Part shown: one piece after another, positions 55,654 to 64,000 of the stretch
Numbering within the stretch: the first letter of the stretch is position 1
How the letters are laid out: every line of letters begins with the position of its first letter
IMG/VR virus record: IMGVR_UViG_3300033121_001593
Coordinates: 32,001 to 96,000 of that record
Direction: 5' to 3' (one strand)
DNA length: 64,000 nt
From: a virus
Taxonomy: Duplodnaviria > Caudoviricetes
Notes under the pieces: generated by a model
What the model saw: only the letters and a program-made list of their open reading frames with translations
Database searches by the model: none
What the model was told of the DNA's origin: nothing
Made by a program: the position numbers and the translations under genes

Positions 55654-57155
55654 GCGCCGGCCCGTTTCTTTTGAGCCGGCTTCTCTTGGGGGCAGAACAC
55701 CATCACCACCGCGTCGCCCGCGTCCGGCGACCGCCCGATCCGCTTCTTGACTTCTTCCTTCTCCTCGATACGGATCAGCCCGCTCGAAGTGGTGCGCCAC
55801 ATCGGCGCAGTCAGGTCACCGATCAGTTCGTCGTCGGGCGGGAGGGCGATATCCAGCCCCGTCTGCGGGTCCAGGGCCTCACGCATCGCCCACCAGGCCA
55901 GGCTGCGCCGGTTGAGAAAGCCTAGCTCGCCTGACTTGTCCTTAATGTCAGTGCGGGTTGAAGCGTTGAACGCATCGACCGTATAGCCTAGCTCACGCAG
56001 CCGATCTACCACGCCAGCGCCCATATTGAGCACGTCCACGACGGCGATACCGCGCTTCTGCGCCGTGAGCACACCGACCACGAAGCCGGTGGTTTGCATA
56101 GTATCCTGTTTTCGGAAACGGCGCAACTCCGAAATAACGTTCTCGAAGCGTAGGGCTAGAATCGTGCTGTCCGCGCCATAGCGGGCCACGTCCACGCCCA
56201 CGCCAAAGAACACCAGCACGGGCTTCTCATCCTGCCAGGCGTACCACCGCTCGTTAGCCGCCTCGACCCAGGCCAGCGGGATCACGGCATCCTCCGAGCC
56301 TTCGCTGAAGTTGCCTAGCACGCGGTTCTGGAAGACGGGCGACGACTCGGTCCACTGCGTGCGGCGGGCCTCCACCCACTCGGCGCTGATCCGGCCGGCC
56401 GCCACCGCCTCCTCGACTTTGACGTGCCGCACCCACCAGTCACCATAGCCGGGCTTACGGGCCTGGATATCGTAGAAGCGGCCAGCCGGCCCGCCCGGCG
56501 TCGAGACGCACAGCCACCAGGCGTCGCCGGTGCTCATCGCGCCTTCGGCGGCGTCCCAGGTCTCAGAGGGTATCGTCTTGGACTCGTCAAAGATGTAGAG
56601 AATGTTATCGGCGTGCGCGCCTTCGATCAGGGCGGGCTGGTTCGAGGCCAGGGCGAACGCCTCGCCCGTCGCCAGCTTGAGCGAGAGCATCAGTAGCTCA
56701 CGGCCTTCGGCCAGCGGGCCACGCCCGACCTTGGCCCAGTCCACGCGGCCGGCCCACTTGCGTATCTCCGGCCACAGGAACTTGGTTAGCTGCCGCCAGG
56801 CGCTCGCCGTGGTCGGCACCTTCCAGTCCTCCCCGTCGCGCGTCAGGGCGAACCAGAGCACGATCCAGGCACAGAGGGACGACTTGCCGAGTCCATGGGG
56901 TCCGCGCACGGAGACGCGGCGGCGCTCCTGCAGCGCCGTCATGATCTCTAGCTGATAGGCGCTCGGCCCCTCGCCCTCGCCCCAGCGAAAGCAGTCGTGC
57001 ACGAAGCCAGCGGGGTCATTGCGATAGCGGGCCTTGAATTCGGCGCGCACCTCCTCATTCTGTGAGCCGGCCTTGGCGGTCTGGCGCTTGACGCGGCCCA
57101 CTTGGGCGGGGGGCGCTTTGCGGTAAGCGGCGGCGACATGCTTATTCGTCGGCAT
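55644..57155 (-). CDS. terL: Terminase large subunit
   Basis: Walker A GPHGLGKS, Walker B YIFDE, STP, GVDVARYG.D, RSPDAGDA. Confidence 0.96.
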   Translation of the reverse strand: MPTNKHVAAAYRKAPPAQVGRVKRQTAKAGSQNEEVRAEFKARYRNDPAGFVHDCFRWGEGEGPSAYQLEIMTALQERRRVSVRGPHGLGKSSLCAWIVLWFALTRDGEDWKVPTTASAWRQLTKFLWPEIRKWAGRVDWAKVGRGPLAEGRELLMLSLKLATGEAFALASNQPALIEGAHADNILYIFDESKTIPSETWDAAEGAMSTGDAWWLCVSTPGGPAGRFYDIQARKPGYGDWWVRHVKVEEAVAAGRISAEWVEARRTQWTESSPVFQNRVLGNFSEGSEDAVIPLAWVEAANERWYAWQDEKPVLVFFGVGVDVARYGADSTILALRFENVISELRRFRKQDTMQTTGFVVGVLTAQKRGIAVVDVLNMGAGVVDRLRELGYTVDAFNASTRTDIKDKSGELGFLNRRSLAWWAMREALDPQTGLDIALPPDDELIGDLTAPMWRTTSSGLIRIEEKEEVKKRIGRSPDAGDAVVMVFCPQEKPAQKKRAGAWG

Positions 57156-57729
57156 CCAGATTCTTGAGTAGCCCTAATAGCTCATCCACCGCCAGGGCCT
57201 GCGCCTCAGCAGCCGAGGCGGCTTGGAACACGGCAGCCGCCGACCGGTACATCGCTGCCAGCGTCGACGGCCGCATAGGGGCCGCGGCGGGATTGGCGGC
57301 CTGGACCTTCTCGATCTGCTCGATCCCGACATTCGAGACTCGTAGCATACGCAGGCCGCCTTCCTGCAACGTCCGGGCCACGCGCAAAGAACGGGACCGG
57401 AACTGCTCCAGGTCGGCCATGTGCTGCGCCTCCGCCTCACGGCGCGCCCGTAGCTCCAGGTAGGCGTCATACTGCCGCGAACGATTGAGCCAGTCGTGCT
57501 GAGCCGACCAAAGCGTCCAGCGCCCGGAGGGTAGCCTTTTTTCTCCGTCCGCAACATTGCCCTTGCCATGCTCTTTTGTTGCCGCGGTGAAGGCAATGGA
57601 CAGGCTGCGAAAGGGGCCAAGGTCACGATAGACGCAGAAAGCGGCGAAGGCGGGGGCGGTTTCGCCGGCCAGCATATCCCAGGCGAAAAGGCCATCGGCG
57701 CGGCGGAAGCGGTCATCCCATTCGGCCAT
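57142..57729 (-). CDS. Terminase small subunit
   Basis: GET..AF.AF..YRDLG..RSL, WS....W..R...YD; directly upstream of terL. Confidence 0.78.
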   Translation of the reverse strand: MAEWDDRFRRADGLFAWDMLAGETAPAFAAFCVYRDLGPFRSLSIAFTAATKEHGKGNVADGEKRLPSGRWTLWSAQHDWLNRSRQYDAYLELRARREAEAQHMADLEQFRSRSLRVARTLQEGGLRMLRVSNVGIEQIEKVQAANPAAAPMRPSTLAAMYRSAAAVFQAASAAEAQALAVDELLGLLKNLDADE

Positions 57730-57731
57730 AG

Positions 57732-58475
57732 TCAGGCTCCTTTGCCCGCCAGCCATTGCTCGAAGCGGGCGGCGGCGGTCACGCCAGGATCGGCGGCCAG
57801 CGTCTCACGGTCTACGATCACGGTGTAGCCGTCGAGGGCGGGGCCGATCTGGAGCAGGTCGGGGCGATAGAGGGCCGGCTGGTTGAGGGCCGGTTCCCAG
57901 GTCACCATGGCGGGGTCTTGCGGGATACGCACGATCTTGCGGTGGGCGATATCGGTGATGGTCTGCTGGAGCAGGCGCACGCCCATGGCTTGCAGGCGAT
58001 CCTGCCAGAGCCGGGAAGCGTCCCAGGTAGGGGGGATAAAGCACCAGTCTTGGGCGGCGATGGGGCCGCCGTCGACGGTATCGTTCAGCCAGTAGACGGT
58101 GCCGCCCGTCACCCGTTCGCCGAGACGGATGGCCCACTTGATGGCGTCGCGGCCGCGGTGCAGGGGCAGGAGGGACGGGTGGAAGCCGATAGCGCCGAAG
58201 GTAGCCTTGTCGCGCGTCTTGCGCCCGATGAAGTCGTGAGAATGAGCCGCGACGATCAGATCGACGCCATCGGGCAGGGTGGCCTCGCGCAGGGAGCCGG
58301 CGGGAAGCAGGGGGATATGGCGGTCGAGGGCCGCGCCATAAAGGCGGTCGATCTTGGAGAAGGCGTCTAGCGGGGCCGGCGCGGCGACGCCTACGACCGG
58401 GTGCCCGGTGTGCTCGATGATCATATCGAGCACCAGCTTGCCAAAGTAGCCCTGGCCGGCGAGATAGATTTTCAT
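57732..58475 (-). CDS. Formyltransferase (Fmt-like N-terminal domain)
   Basis: HPSLLPLHRG, GGTVYW..DGGPI. Confidence 0.92.
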   Translation of the reverse strand: MKIYLAGQGYFGKLVLDMIIEHTGHPVVGVAAPAPLDAFSKIDRLYGAALDRHIPLLPAGSLREATLPDGVDLIVAAHSHDFIGRKTRDKATFGAIGFHPSLLPLHRGRDAIKWAIRLGERVTGGTVYWLNDTVDGGPIAAQDWCFIPPTWDASRLWQDRLQAMGVRLLQQTITDIAHRKIVRIPQDPAMVTWEPALNQPALYRPDLLQIGPALDGYTVIVDRETLAADPGVTAAARFEQWLAGKGA

Positions 58476-59653
58476 TTGGGCTTTGTAGTCCTTGCCTTGC
58501 GGGGCATCTGCTTGGGCTTTGCGCCGAAGCGAAAGCCCTGCACGGCCCTGAAGTGTCCGCCATAGCCGAGATTGGTAACGCTCACGCCCGGCTTGTTAGC
58601 GAGTGAGGCTATGAGGGTTGTCGCTGATCGTTTCTTGTTACCGCCGTAAAGGTTGGCGCTGACTTGCGCCCAGCGGGGGTCACGGCGCAGGGCGGCGCAG
58701 AGACCGGGGTGGGACGTATGGAAGTAGACGACTTTGACGCGGTCGCCATAGCGGGAGTGCCCGTCGACGTGCCACTGGCATAGCTCATTAAGAAAGCGAA
58801 TGCCGATGCCCGCGCCCTGCCATTCGGGCATCACAACCATACGGCAGGCGCGAACGCCCTGGACTTCCAGGCGGGGGGAGAAGGCCAGGTGAACGACTGG
58901 CTCGCCTTCGACCGTGCCGACGAAATAGGTGGCGGCGACCATCTTGGGCAGCTTCAGATAGTGATGCGGTTCAAAAATGTGCCAATAACGGGAGTCCGTC
59001 TGCCAAAACTCAAGATCGAATCGTGGCCTTCGCCAAAGGCCCCTCCCCGCGTACCTACCGGTTGCCGTGTCAAATACCCAGTCTGGCTCCAGCCATTCTA
59101 TGATATCGTAGTGGCAACTAAGCAGCACGCACTGGTTGCCGCTGGCTTTGGCCAGGCGCTTCCAGGACTTGGCGAAGGCCAGCGCGCCGAACTTGGCGAT
59201 CTGGCGATCCACGACGGACGTGAACTCGTCGATGACGATTTTGGCGGGGGCCTCGCAGATCACGCGGGCGAGATTGGCCCGGAACTTTTCACCGTTGGAT
59301 AGGACGGGGAAGGGGCGGAGCCAGGTCGGGACGGTGCCGAGGCCGACCGCGGCAAGGGCGGCGGTCACTTCGTTGAAGTCGCCGGTCGGGGCGATAGCGT
59401 CCACGATGGGCCGGTCGGCGGGCCAGTTGTCGAAATCGGCGACGGCCTGCGGCCCCCACATCTGCCGGCCCATAGACGTCTTACCTGAGCCAGACGGGCC
59501 GACGATCAGGCCCAATGACCAGCCGGGGTCATCGATGGGCAGGGTAGCCTCAAGATCGAAGTTAGCGCCCGACTCGGCGTTGAACAGGGATTTGACGCGG
59601 GCGGCGCGATAGGAGTCGAAGTCGGCGCAGTTGTTATGAACCGTGATTTTCAT
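58472..59653 (-). CDS. ABC-type ATPase fused to GNAT acetyltransferase
   Basis: GPSGSGKT, LSNGE..R..LAR, IDEFTSVVDR; FEPHHYL, RMVVMPEWQGAGIG. Confidence 0.9.
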   Translation of the reverse strand: MKITVHNNCADFDSYRAARVKSLFNAESGANFDLEATLPIDDPGWSLGLIVGPSGSGKTSMGRQMWGPQAVADFDNWPADRPIVDAIAPTGDFNEVTAALAAVGLGTVPTWLRPFPVLSNGEKFRANLARVICEAPAKIVIDEFTSVVDRQIAKFGALAFAKSWKRLAKASGNQCVLLSCHYDIIEWLEPDWVFDTATGRYAGRGLWRRPRFDLEFWQTDSRYWHIFEPHHYLKLPKMVAATYFVGTVEGEPVVHLAFSPRLEVQGVRACRMVVMPEWQGAGIGIRFLNELCQWHVDGHSRYGDRVKVVYFHTSHPGLCAALRRDPRWAQVSANLYGGNKKRSATTLIASLANKPGVSVTNLGYGGHFRAVQGFRFGAKPKQMPRKARTTKPK

Positions 59654-60240
59654 GTCACCACGACCTTGACCTCATAGCCGGCCTCCTTGAGATCGTTATA
59701 GACCTCCTCCTGGTGGGCGGCGTCCGTGCAGATGATAATGACGCCATACTGCTCCCGGTAGGTCGCCTCCTGCTGCTCGCCGGCCTCGCTTGAGCCGACT
59801 TCTTCCTCGATCTCGGTGAGAAGGCGCTCTAGCTCATCGCCTTCGAAGCCGGTGTAAGCTCCGCCGAATTCGGCGGCCTCGACGGCGGAGGCCAGGGCCT
59901 CAAGGTTCCAGGCCGAAAGGTCGCCGGTGCGATTGTCGGCTATGCCATAGCCGGCCGCCTTGGCGGGGTCATCCTCGACCCAGACGACGGCGATCTGCGT
60001 CCAGCCTAGCTGACGAGCGGCCTGCCACGTGCCGTTGCCTTTTTCGATCTTGTTGCCCTGTGACCGGTTGACGACCAGGGCGACGCGCTGGCCATACTCG
60101 GTTAGGCTGGCGGCGATCCGGTCGATGGCGTGCCCGGTGCGAGCGTTGGCGGGGTCCATGTGGACCGAGTCGATGGGGACTGCCAGGGGGCGCAGGTCCG
60201 GGATAATGTAGGGAATAGGGGCGGGTGCTGTATCTCCCAT
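59650..60240 (-). CDS. ParB/Srx-like protein
   Basis: DPANAR, SL..YGQ, GNGTWQAA..LGW, IADNRT. Confidence 0.88.
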   Translation of the reverse strand: MGDTAPAPIPYIIPDLRPLAVPIDSVHMDPANARTGHAIDRIAASLTEYGQRVALVVNRSQGNKIEKGNGTWQAARQLGWTQIAVVWVEDDPAKAAGYGIADNRTGDLSAWNLEALASAVEAAEFGGAYTGFEGDELERLLTEIEEEVGSSEAGEQQEATYREQYGVIIICTDAAHQEEVYNDLKEAGYEVKVVVT

Positions 60241-60271
60241 GACTGGCTTTCTCCGAACGGGAAAGCGCACG

Positions 60272-60324
60272 AAAAAGTGCGCGGCTTATGGTAGGTGAAT
60301 ATCCTACCATAAGCCGCGCACTTT
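60272..60324 (-). terminator. 22-bp perfect inverted repeat/terminator
   Basis: AAAGTGCGCGGCTTATGGTAGG-7nt-CCTACCATAAGCCGCGCACTTT with T5 on minus strand. Confidence 0.8.
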
Positions 60325-60349
60325 GAAAAGTAGACGATTGAGGGTTTAA

Positions 60350-60664
60350 CTAGTTGAGGGCGAGAATAACGCCCTCCAGGGCCGCCGAGGCGTCGGCGGC
60401 GGCCTCAGCGGTCACCCCCGATTCGTATTCCCCAGCGTCGATATCGGCCACGATAGTGGCCATGGCCTCTGCCACCGCCGCCTGAGTGGTGACGATGAAG
60501 CCGGGGAAGATCGGGCTGCCGTGCCATTCACCAAAGCGGCGGACGGCGCGGTTGACGATGAAGGTCTGACCGTTGACGGTTGCGAAGCCGGTCTCGGTGG
60601 TCCCGTCATTCGCAATGACGGTAACCTCTCCATCGAATTGAACTGGTACGGTGATCTGAGACAT
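60350..60664 (-). CDS. Hypothetical phage protein
   Basis: AAGGAG RBS. Confidence 0.75.
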   Translation of the reverse strand: MSQITVPVQFDGEVTVIANDGTTETGFATVNGQTFIVNRAVRRFGEWHGSPIFPGFIVTTQAAVAEAMATIVADIDAGEYESGVTAEAAADASAALEGVILALN

Positions 60665-60786
60665 GGTGACTGGTGCTCCTTTGTGCTACTGCTGAAAGAT
60701 GGTTAGATGCGGCCCGGCGTTCCGGCGCTCTTAGGTGGCTCGGTTAGGCGGAAGGCGATCAGCCCATCGCTTCCGAACCGAGCCAC

Positions 60787-60990
60787 TTAAGAGGGTCGGG
60801 ACTTGGCGATATCGCTGGTGACTAGGTCCTTGGCGGCCTGGATGGCGGCGGCCCGTGAGGAGGCCCAAAAGTCGTGGGTCAGGACGTGGCGGCCGGCCTT
60901 CTCGATGACGGCCTGAGAGAGATCGTCGCTGCCCTTGAACGTTACCTTGATCGTGTAGCCCTGGAAAGGCCGGGTGTAAGTGCTGGTCAT
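60787..60990 (-). CDS. Hypothetical early protein
   Basis: AAAGGA RBS, follows consensus promoter. Confidence 0.75.
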   Translation of the reverse strand: MTSTYTRPFQGYTIKVTFKGSDDLSQAVIEKAGRHVLTHDFWASSRAAAIQAAKDLVTSDIAKSRPS

Positions 60991-61038
60991 GTCGGGGTCC
61001 TTTGCGCTCGCCGTTCCGAATTTCGATCCTATAGCTCT

Positions 61039-61066
61039 ATTATACTCCTATCGTTTAACTTGTCAA
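61039..61066 (-). promoter_or_regulatory. Consensus sigma70 promoter
   Basis: Minus strand TTGACA-16 nt-TATAAT. Confidence 0.88.
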
Positions 61067-61258
61067 GCGGTTTATGGCCTTTTGGCGAAAACTCGTAAAA
61101 TTTAAGGTTGGGCGGCGAGGCGCGTTGGCCGGCCCGAAATCGCCTTGACGGGCCGGCCATTCGTGCCCGCTACGGCCCAAAAACGGGGGGTAGACGGGCT
61201 TTTAGGGAATAGCCGGCCCGGTAGTATCGGCGGGGGCGTTACAGGCCCCTTGGGGCGC

Positions 61259-61537
61259 TCACGGGCGGGGCGGGGGGCGCTTGATCGAGGCCCGGTACAT
61301 ACGCCAGGCCAGGAGCGAAAAGACAAGCTGGAAGATCATAGCGGCGGTGGCGATCATGGCGACGGCTAGCAGGGGCGGGCGGTCCACGTAGACGGCTCCG
61401 CCCGCGCAGACGATGCCGGCGATCACCATGCAGGCGCAGAGGATCATGTAATGAGCATAGTCGGCGTCCTTCCATTCCGCCAGGGGGCGGTCGCTGATAC
61501 CGAGCAGGCGATGGCGCACGAAGGGCCGGAGCTTCAT
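61259..61537 (-). CDS. Small two-TM membrane protein
   Basis: GGAGG RBS, two hydrophobic segments. Confidence 0.7.
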   Translation of the reverse strand: MKLRPFVRHRLLGISDRPLAEWKDADYAHYMILCACMVIAGIVCAGGAVYVDRPPLLAVAMIATAAMIFQLVFSLLAWRMYRASIKRPPPRP

Positions 61538-61893
61538 CCGGCCTCCACGTAGAGATAGATGACGGCGACCGGCTCGTTGCGGGGCATCACGCCCGGAACC
61601 TCGACCGGGCGGGTGATGATCAGGCCCAGGCGCTCGGCAGCCTCGGCGCGCTCGCCCATCAGGCAGGCGGTCAGATAGCCGGCCATGAAGCCGATATCGG
61701 GCAGGATGACGTGCGACGCGCCTAGCCCGTGGCGCACGAGCGTATCTAGCTGCGGGGTCAGGGGCTGGCTATAATCGAGGATGGCCGGCCGCGGACCCTC
61801 CCGGACCTCACAGTCGCCCAGTAGGGCGGTTAGGTTGGCGCGGTCCTTCATCGACAGGGGCCAGCCGTAGTTATAGACGACGGGGGTTGACAT
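61534..61893 (-). CDS. Hypothetical protein
   Basis: Coupled ORF, AAGGA RBS. Confidence 0.7.
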   Translation of the reverse strand: MSTPVVYNYGWPLSMKDRANLTALLGDCEVREGPRPAILDYSQPLTPQLDTLVRHGLGASHVILPDIGFMAGYLTACLMGERAEAAERLGLIITRPVEVPGVMPRNEPVAVIYLYVEAG

Positions 61894-61899
61894 TGATCC

Positions 61900-62919
61900 T
61901 TAATTCTCCTTATTCGGGACCGGGTGATAGCCTTTCTTGATCTCGCCAAGGTCGGCGCGCCCGCGCAGGCTCTGCGGGCGAAAAAACGTCCCGACCATAC
62001 CGGGTCGACCAAACAGCGGGGCGTCGGCGTCATAGTGCGCCCAGTGAGCACGGACTTGGTGCAGCCGGCGCTTGTGGCCCGTCGCGCCAGACGCCGCGAC
62101 GTCGTCATCGACCCGCTTCTGCAACTGCTTGATCCGCAGCCATTTGTAGGCGACCGGCTCCTGGCCGGCGCGCGCCATACGGCGGCGCTCGGCACGCTGG
62201 TGGCGGATCGGCTCAGGCTCCGAGAGCGTCACGTTACGGCAGTTCATGAGCGAAAGAACAAAGGCGAAAGGGGAGATTAGTTTCTGCGCGAGTATCTGGT
62301 TGAGGAGATGAATCTCCGGCCGCTCAGGGTCCTCGCCGGCAAGGGAAAACGCGAAAAACATGCGCGTACCTATATCCTTACCGGGAAACGCCCGCCCGTC
62401 CTCGGTTAGATAAAGCGCGGCGAACGCCTCGGCCTTGACCGCTCCCATCATCATGACATAGGCGCGAATCCCTAAAATAAAGCCGGGTACAATACCGTCC
62501 TCTAAGGCACGAGACCGGGCGGCCTGAAGCGTAGGTAGGCTCAAGTTGTCCTCTAGCGACTTCCGCGCGTCCTTTCTGTCGCCGCCCGTCAGAAGGTTAG
62601 AAAAAAATCGCTCTAACGTCTTCCTCCGCACCGCTCCCGCGCGCCGCTCGACAGGGATAGGCGTGCAGACAATATGTGCCCCTATGCGCTGAATACCGGC
62701 CGGCAGGCCGGGTCCCTCCGCCGCCATAGACGGCGGACACGCGAACTCGATCCATGTCTCCTCGCCGGGGGCGGTAAGCCGATGAAAGTCATCAGAAAGT
62801 GACCAAATCCACTGGTCACTTTCCTCGAAAAACCAATATGCCGCCTCCGTGGCGTCAACCAGCGTCGCCTGGTCTTTGACCCAGGCCAGATCGGGGTCAA
62901 GCTCTAGAATTCCTAACAT
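61900..62919 (-). CDS. Hypothetical phage protein with C-terminal RLHxVRxHW motif
   Basis: 339 aa, AAGGAG RBS. Confidence 0.8.
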   Translation of the reverse strand: MLGILELDPDLAWVKDQATLVDATEAAYWFFEESDQWIWSLSDDFHRLTAPGEETWIEFACPPSMAAEGPGLPAGIQRIGAHIVCTPIPVERRAGAVRRKTLERFFSNLLTGGDRKDARKSLEDNLSLPTLQAARSRALEDGIVPGFILGIRAYVMMMGAVKAEAFAALYLTEDGRAFPGKDIGTRMFFAFSLAGEDPERPEIHLLNQILAQKLISPFAFVLSLMNCRNVTLSEPEPIRHQRAERRRMARAGQEPVAYKWLRIKQLQKRVDDDVAASGATGHKRRLHQVRAHWAHYDADAPLFGRPGMVGTFFRPQSLRGRADLGEIKKGYHPVPNKEN

Positions 62920-63206
62920 CGCTGCTTCTCCTTGGGATAATTTGGGATAACGTGGGATACTGTGGGATATTCCGCCTCACAGGCCAGGCAGATATCGCCG
63001 GCCTTGCTCATGGCGTAGTGGCCGACCCAGCGGCCGCAATCGATGCAGCGCAGCACGCGGCGGGCGTCGACGGTTAGCTCCCAGGCCAGCCGCCATTCGA
63101 CCAGGCCGGCCGCTTGGGCGGCGGCGAGGAAGCCCTGATCGCCGCCATCGGCCAGCGCGGTCATCAGGGCTTGCCTCTCGCCGATTGTGATAAAGCTAGT
63201 CACCAT
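62913..63206 (-). CDS. Small zinc-ribbon protein
   Basis: GAGGAGG RBS; CIDC..CLAC. Confidence 0.65.
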   Translation of the reverse strand: MVTSFITIGERQALMTALADGGDQGFLAAAQAAGLVEWRLAWELTVDARRVLRCIDCGRWVGHYAMSKAGDICLACEAEYPTVSHVIPNYPKEKQRC

Positions 63207-64000
63207 CCTCCTCATTTGCGCCGGCCACGTTTGCGCCCTCGAAGGCCGCAATGAAGTGCATGAACTGAGACGACCAGCCGGTGACCTCAGCGGTCCAGAC
63301 TCCCGCATAGCTCACGCCGCGGCTATGGCCCGAAATGTCGGTGATGTAGTTGCGGGCGGCCCATGGCTCCGGCATCCGTCCGCTATCATCCATATCCTGC
63401 GAGTCGCTGAAGACGATCAGCCGGTCAGCCGGGGCACCGCGCCGATCCGCCTTGATGAAGTCCAGGGCCTGGCGGGTGAAGATACCACCGCCGCCCAGAC
63501 GCCCGGAGGCGCGCCTGATCTCGTCCATCAGGGCAAAGCCGCGCCGACGCTTCAGTAGCTCGGTCTGGTGCGTCTGCCCCAAATCGCTGCCGGCAGTAGC
63601 ATAGACCTGGACCTTGACCGCCTGCTCGGCCGCCAGCATGGCCAGGGCCGCGGCGGCGTCCAGCCAGGAAAGGTCGCTCTGCCCGGAGAGCCTGCCGTGC
63701 TCCATCGATCCCGATACGTCAACAACGAGCACGGTCTCGCCGGCCAGCTTGGGGGCGGTCGCCAGCGCCCGGAACATCATAGCCTCGATCTCGCCCTGCC
63801 AGCGGGGCGCTGCCCGGCCGGCGGCGATGAAGTTGATCGGCAGCAGCCAGCGCGCCGGGGCCGTCTCGAAGTAGGCCGCGATGGCGGCCCGGTCCACGCC
63901 CTCCCGCTCCATCAGGGCCAGGTTACGCAGGAAGGCCAGGCCGGGCAGCCGGCGCTCGGCCATCAGGCGCTCGAACGTCTCACGCTTGTTCGCTCCGGCG
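63196..64000 (-). CDS. rsr: Ro60/TROVE-VWA RNA-binding protein (5' part outside window)
   Basis: Frame open to window edge: AGANKRETFERLM..AFLRNL, LLP..FIAA, VVDVSGSM (MIDAS), LIVFSDSQ, GWS. Confidence 0.9.
   Translation of the reverse strand, partial: AGANKRETFERLMAERRLPGLAFLRNLALMEREGVDRAAIAAYFETAPARWLLPINFIAAGRAAPRWQGEIEAMMFRALATAPKLAGETVLVVDVSGSMEHGRLSGQSDLSWLDAAAALAMLAAEQAVKVQVYATAGSDLGQTHQTELLKRRRGFALMDEIRRASGRLGGGGIFTRQALDFIKADRRGAPADRLIVFSDSQDMDDSGRMPEPWAARNYITDISGHSRGVSYAGVWTAEVTGWSSQFMHFIAAFEGANVAGANEEDGD

Noticed and set aside
1-64000. Integrase, att site or host flank
   Set aside because: None visible; lifestyle and host cannot be established from this window

Overview
High-GC siphovirus-type phage (or prophage) segment. 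A Chloroflexota host is inferred from protein styles, not shown. Bases 1-8.35 kb (+ strand) hold early genes behind a repeated CCCCTTGACA-N16/17-TAnnAT promoter, ssb, and a dense RNA array. The array has 8 near-canonical tRNAs and about 10 tRNA-like RNAs with altered anticodon arms: three G3-U70 tmRNA-TLD-like minis with no coding domain, three tRNA bodies with 45-75-nt structured inserts, and three with 5-6-nt loops. It also has many stem-closed ncRNA modules, some Y-RNA-like. Bases 8.4-60.3 kb (- strand) are the late region in transcription order: ParB / ABC-GNAT / formyltransferase module, terminase, portal, gpF, DUF2213 protease with a degenerate 2H insert, encapsulin-like capsid, neck and tail genes, frameshifted tail chaperone, 3621-aa tape measure, tail/fibre proteins, endolysin, glycosylation enzymes, a membrane-anchored CHAT protease and a holin-like gene. 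Bases 60.3-64 kb (- strand) carry small early genes and the 3' half of a Ro60/TROVE gene. The best candidate for an undescribed system is the tRNA-mimic/ncRNA array together with the phage Ro60. All RNA folds were done by eye.
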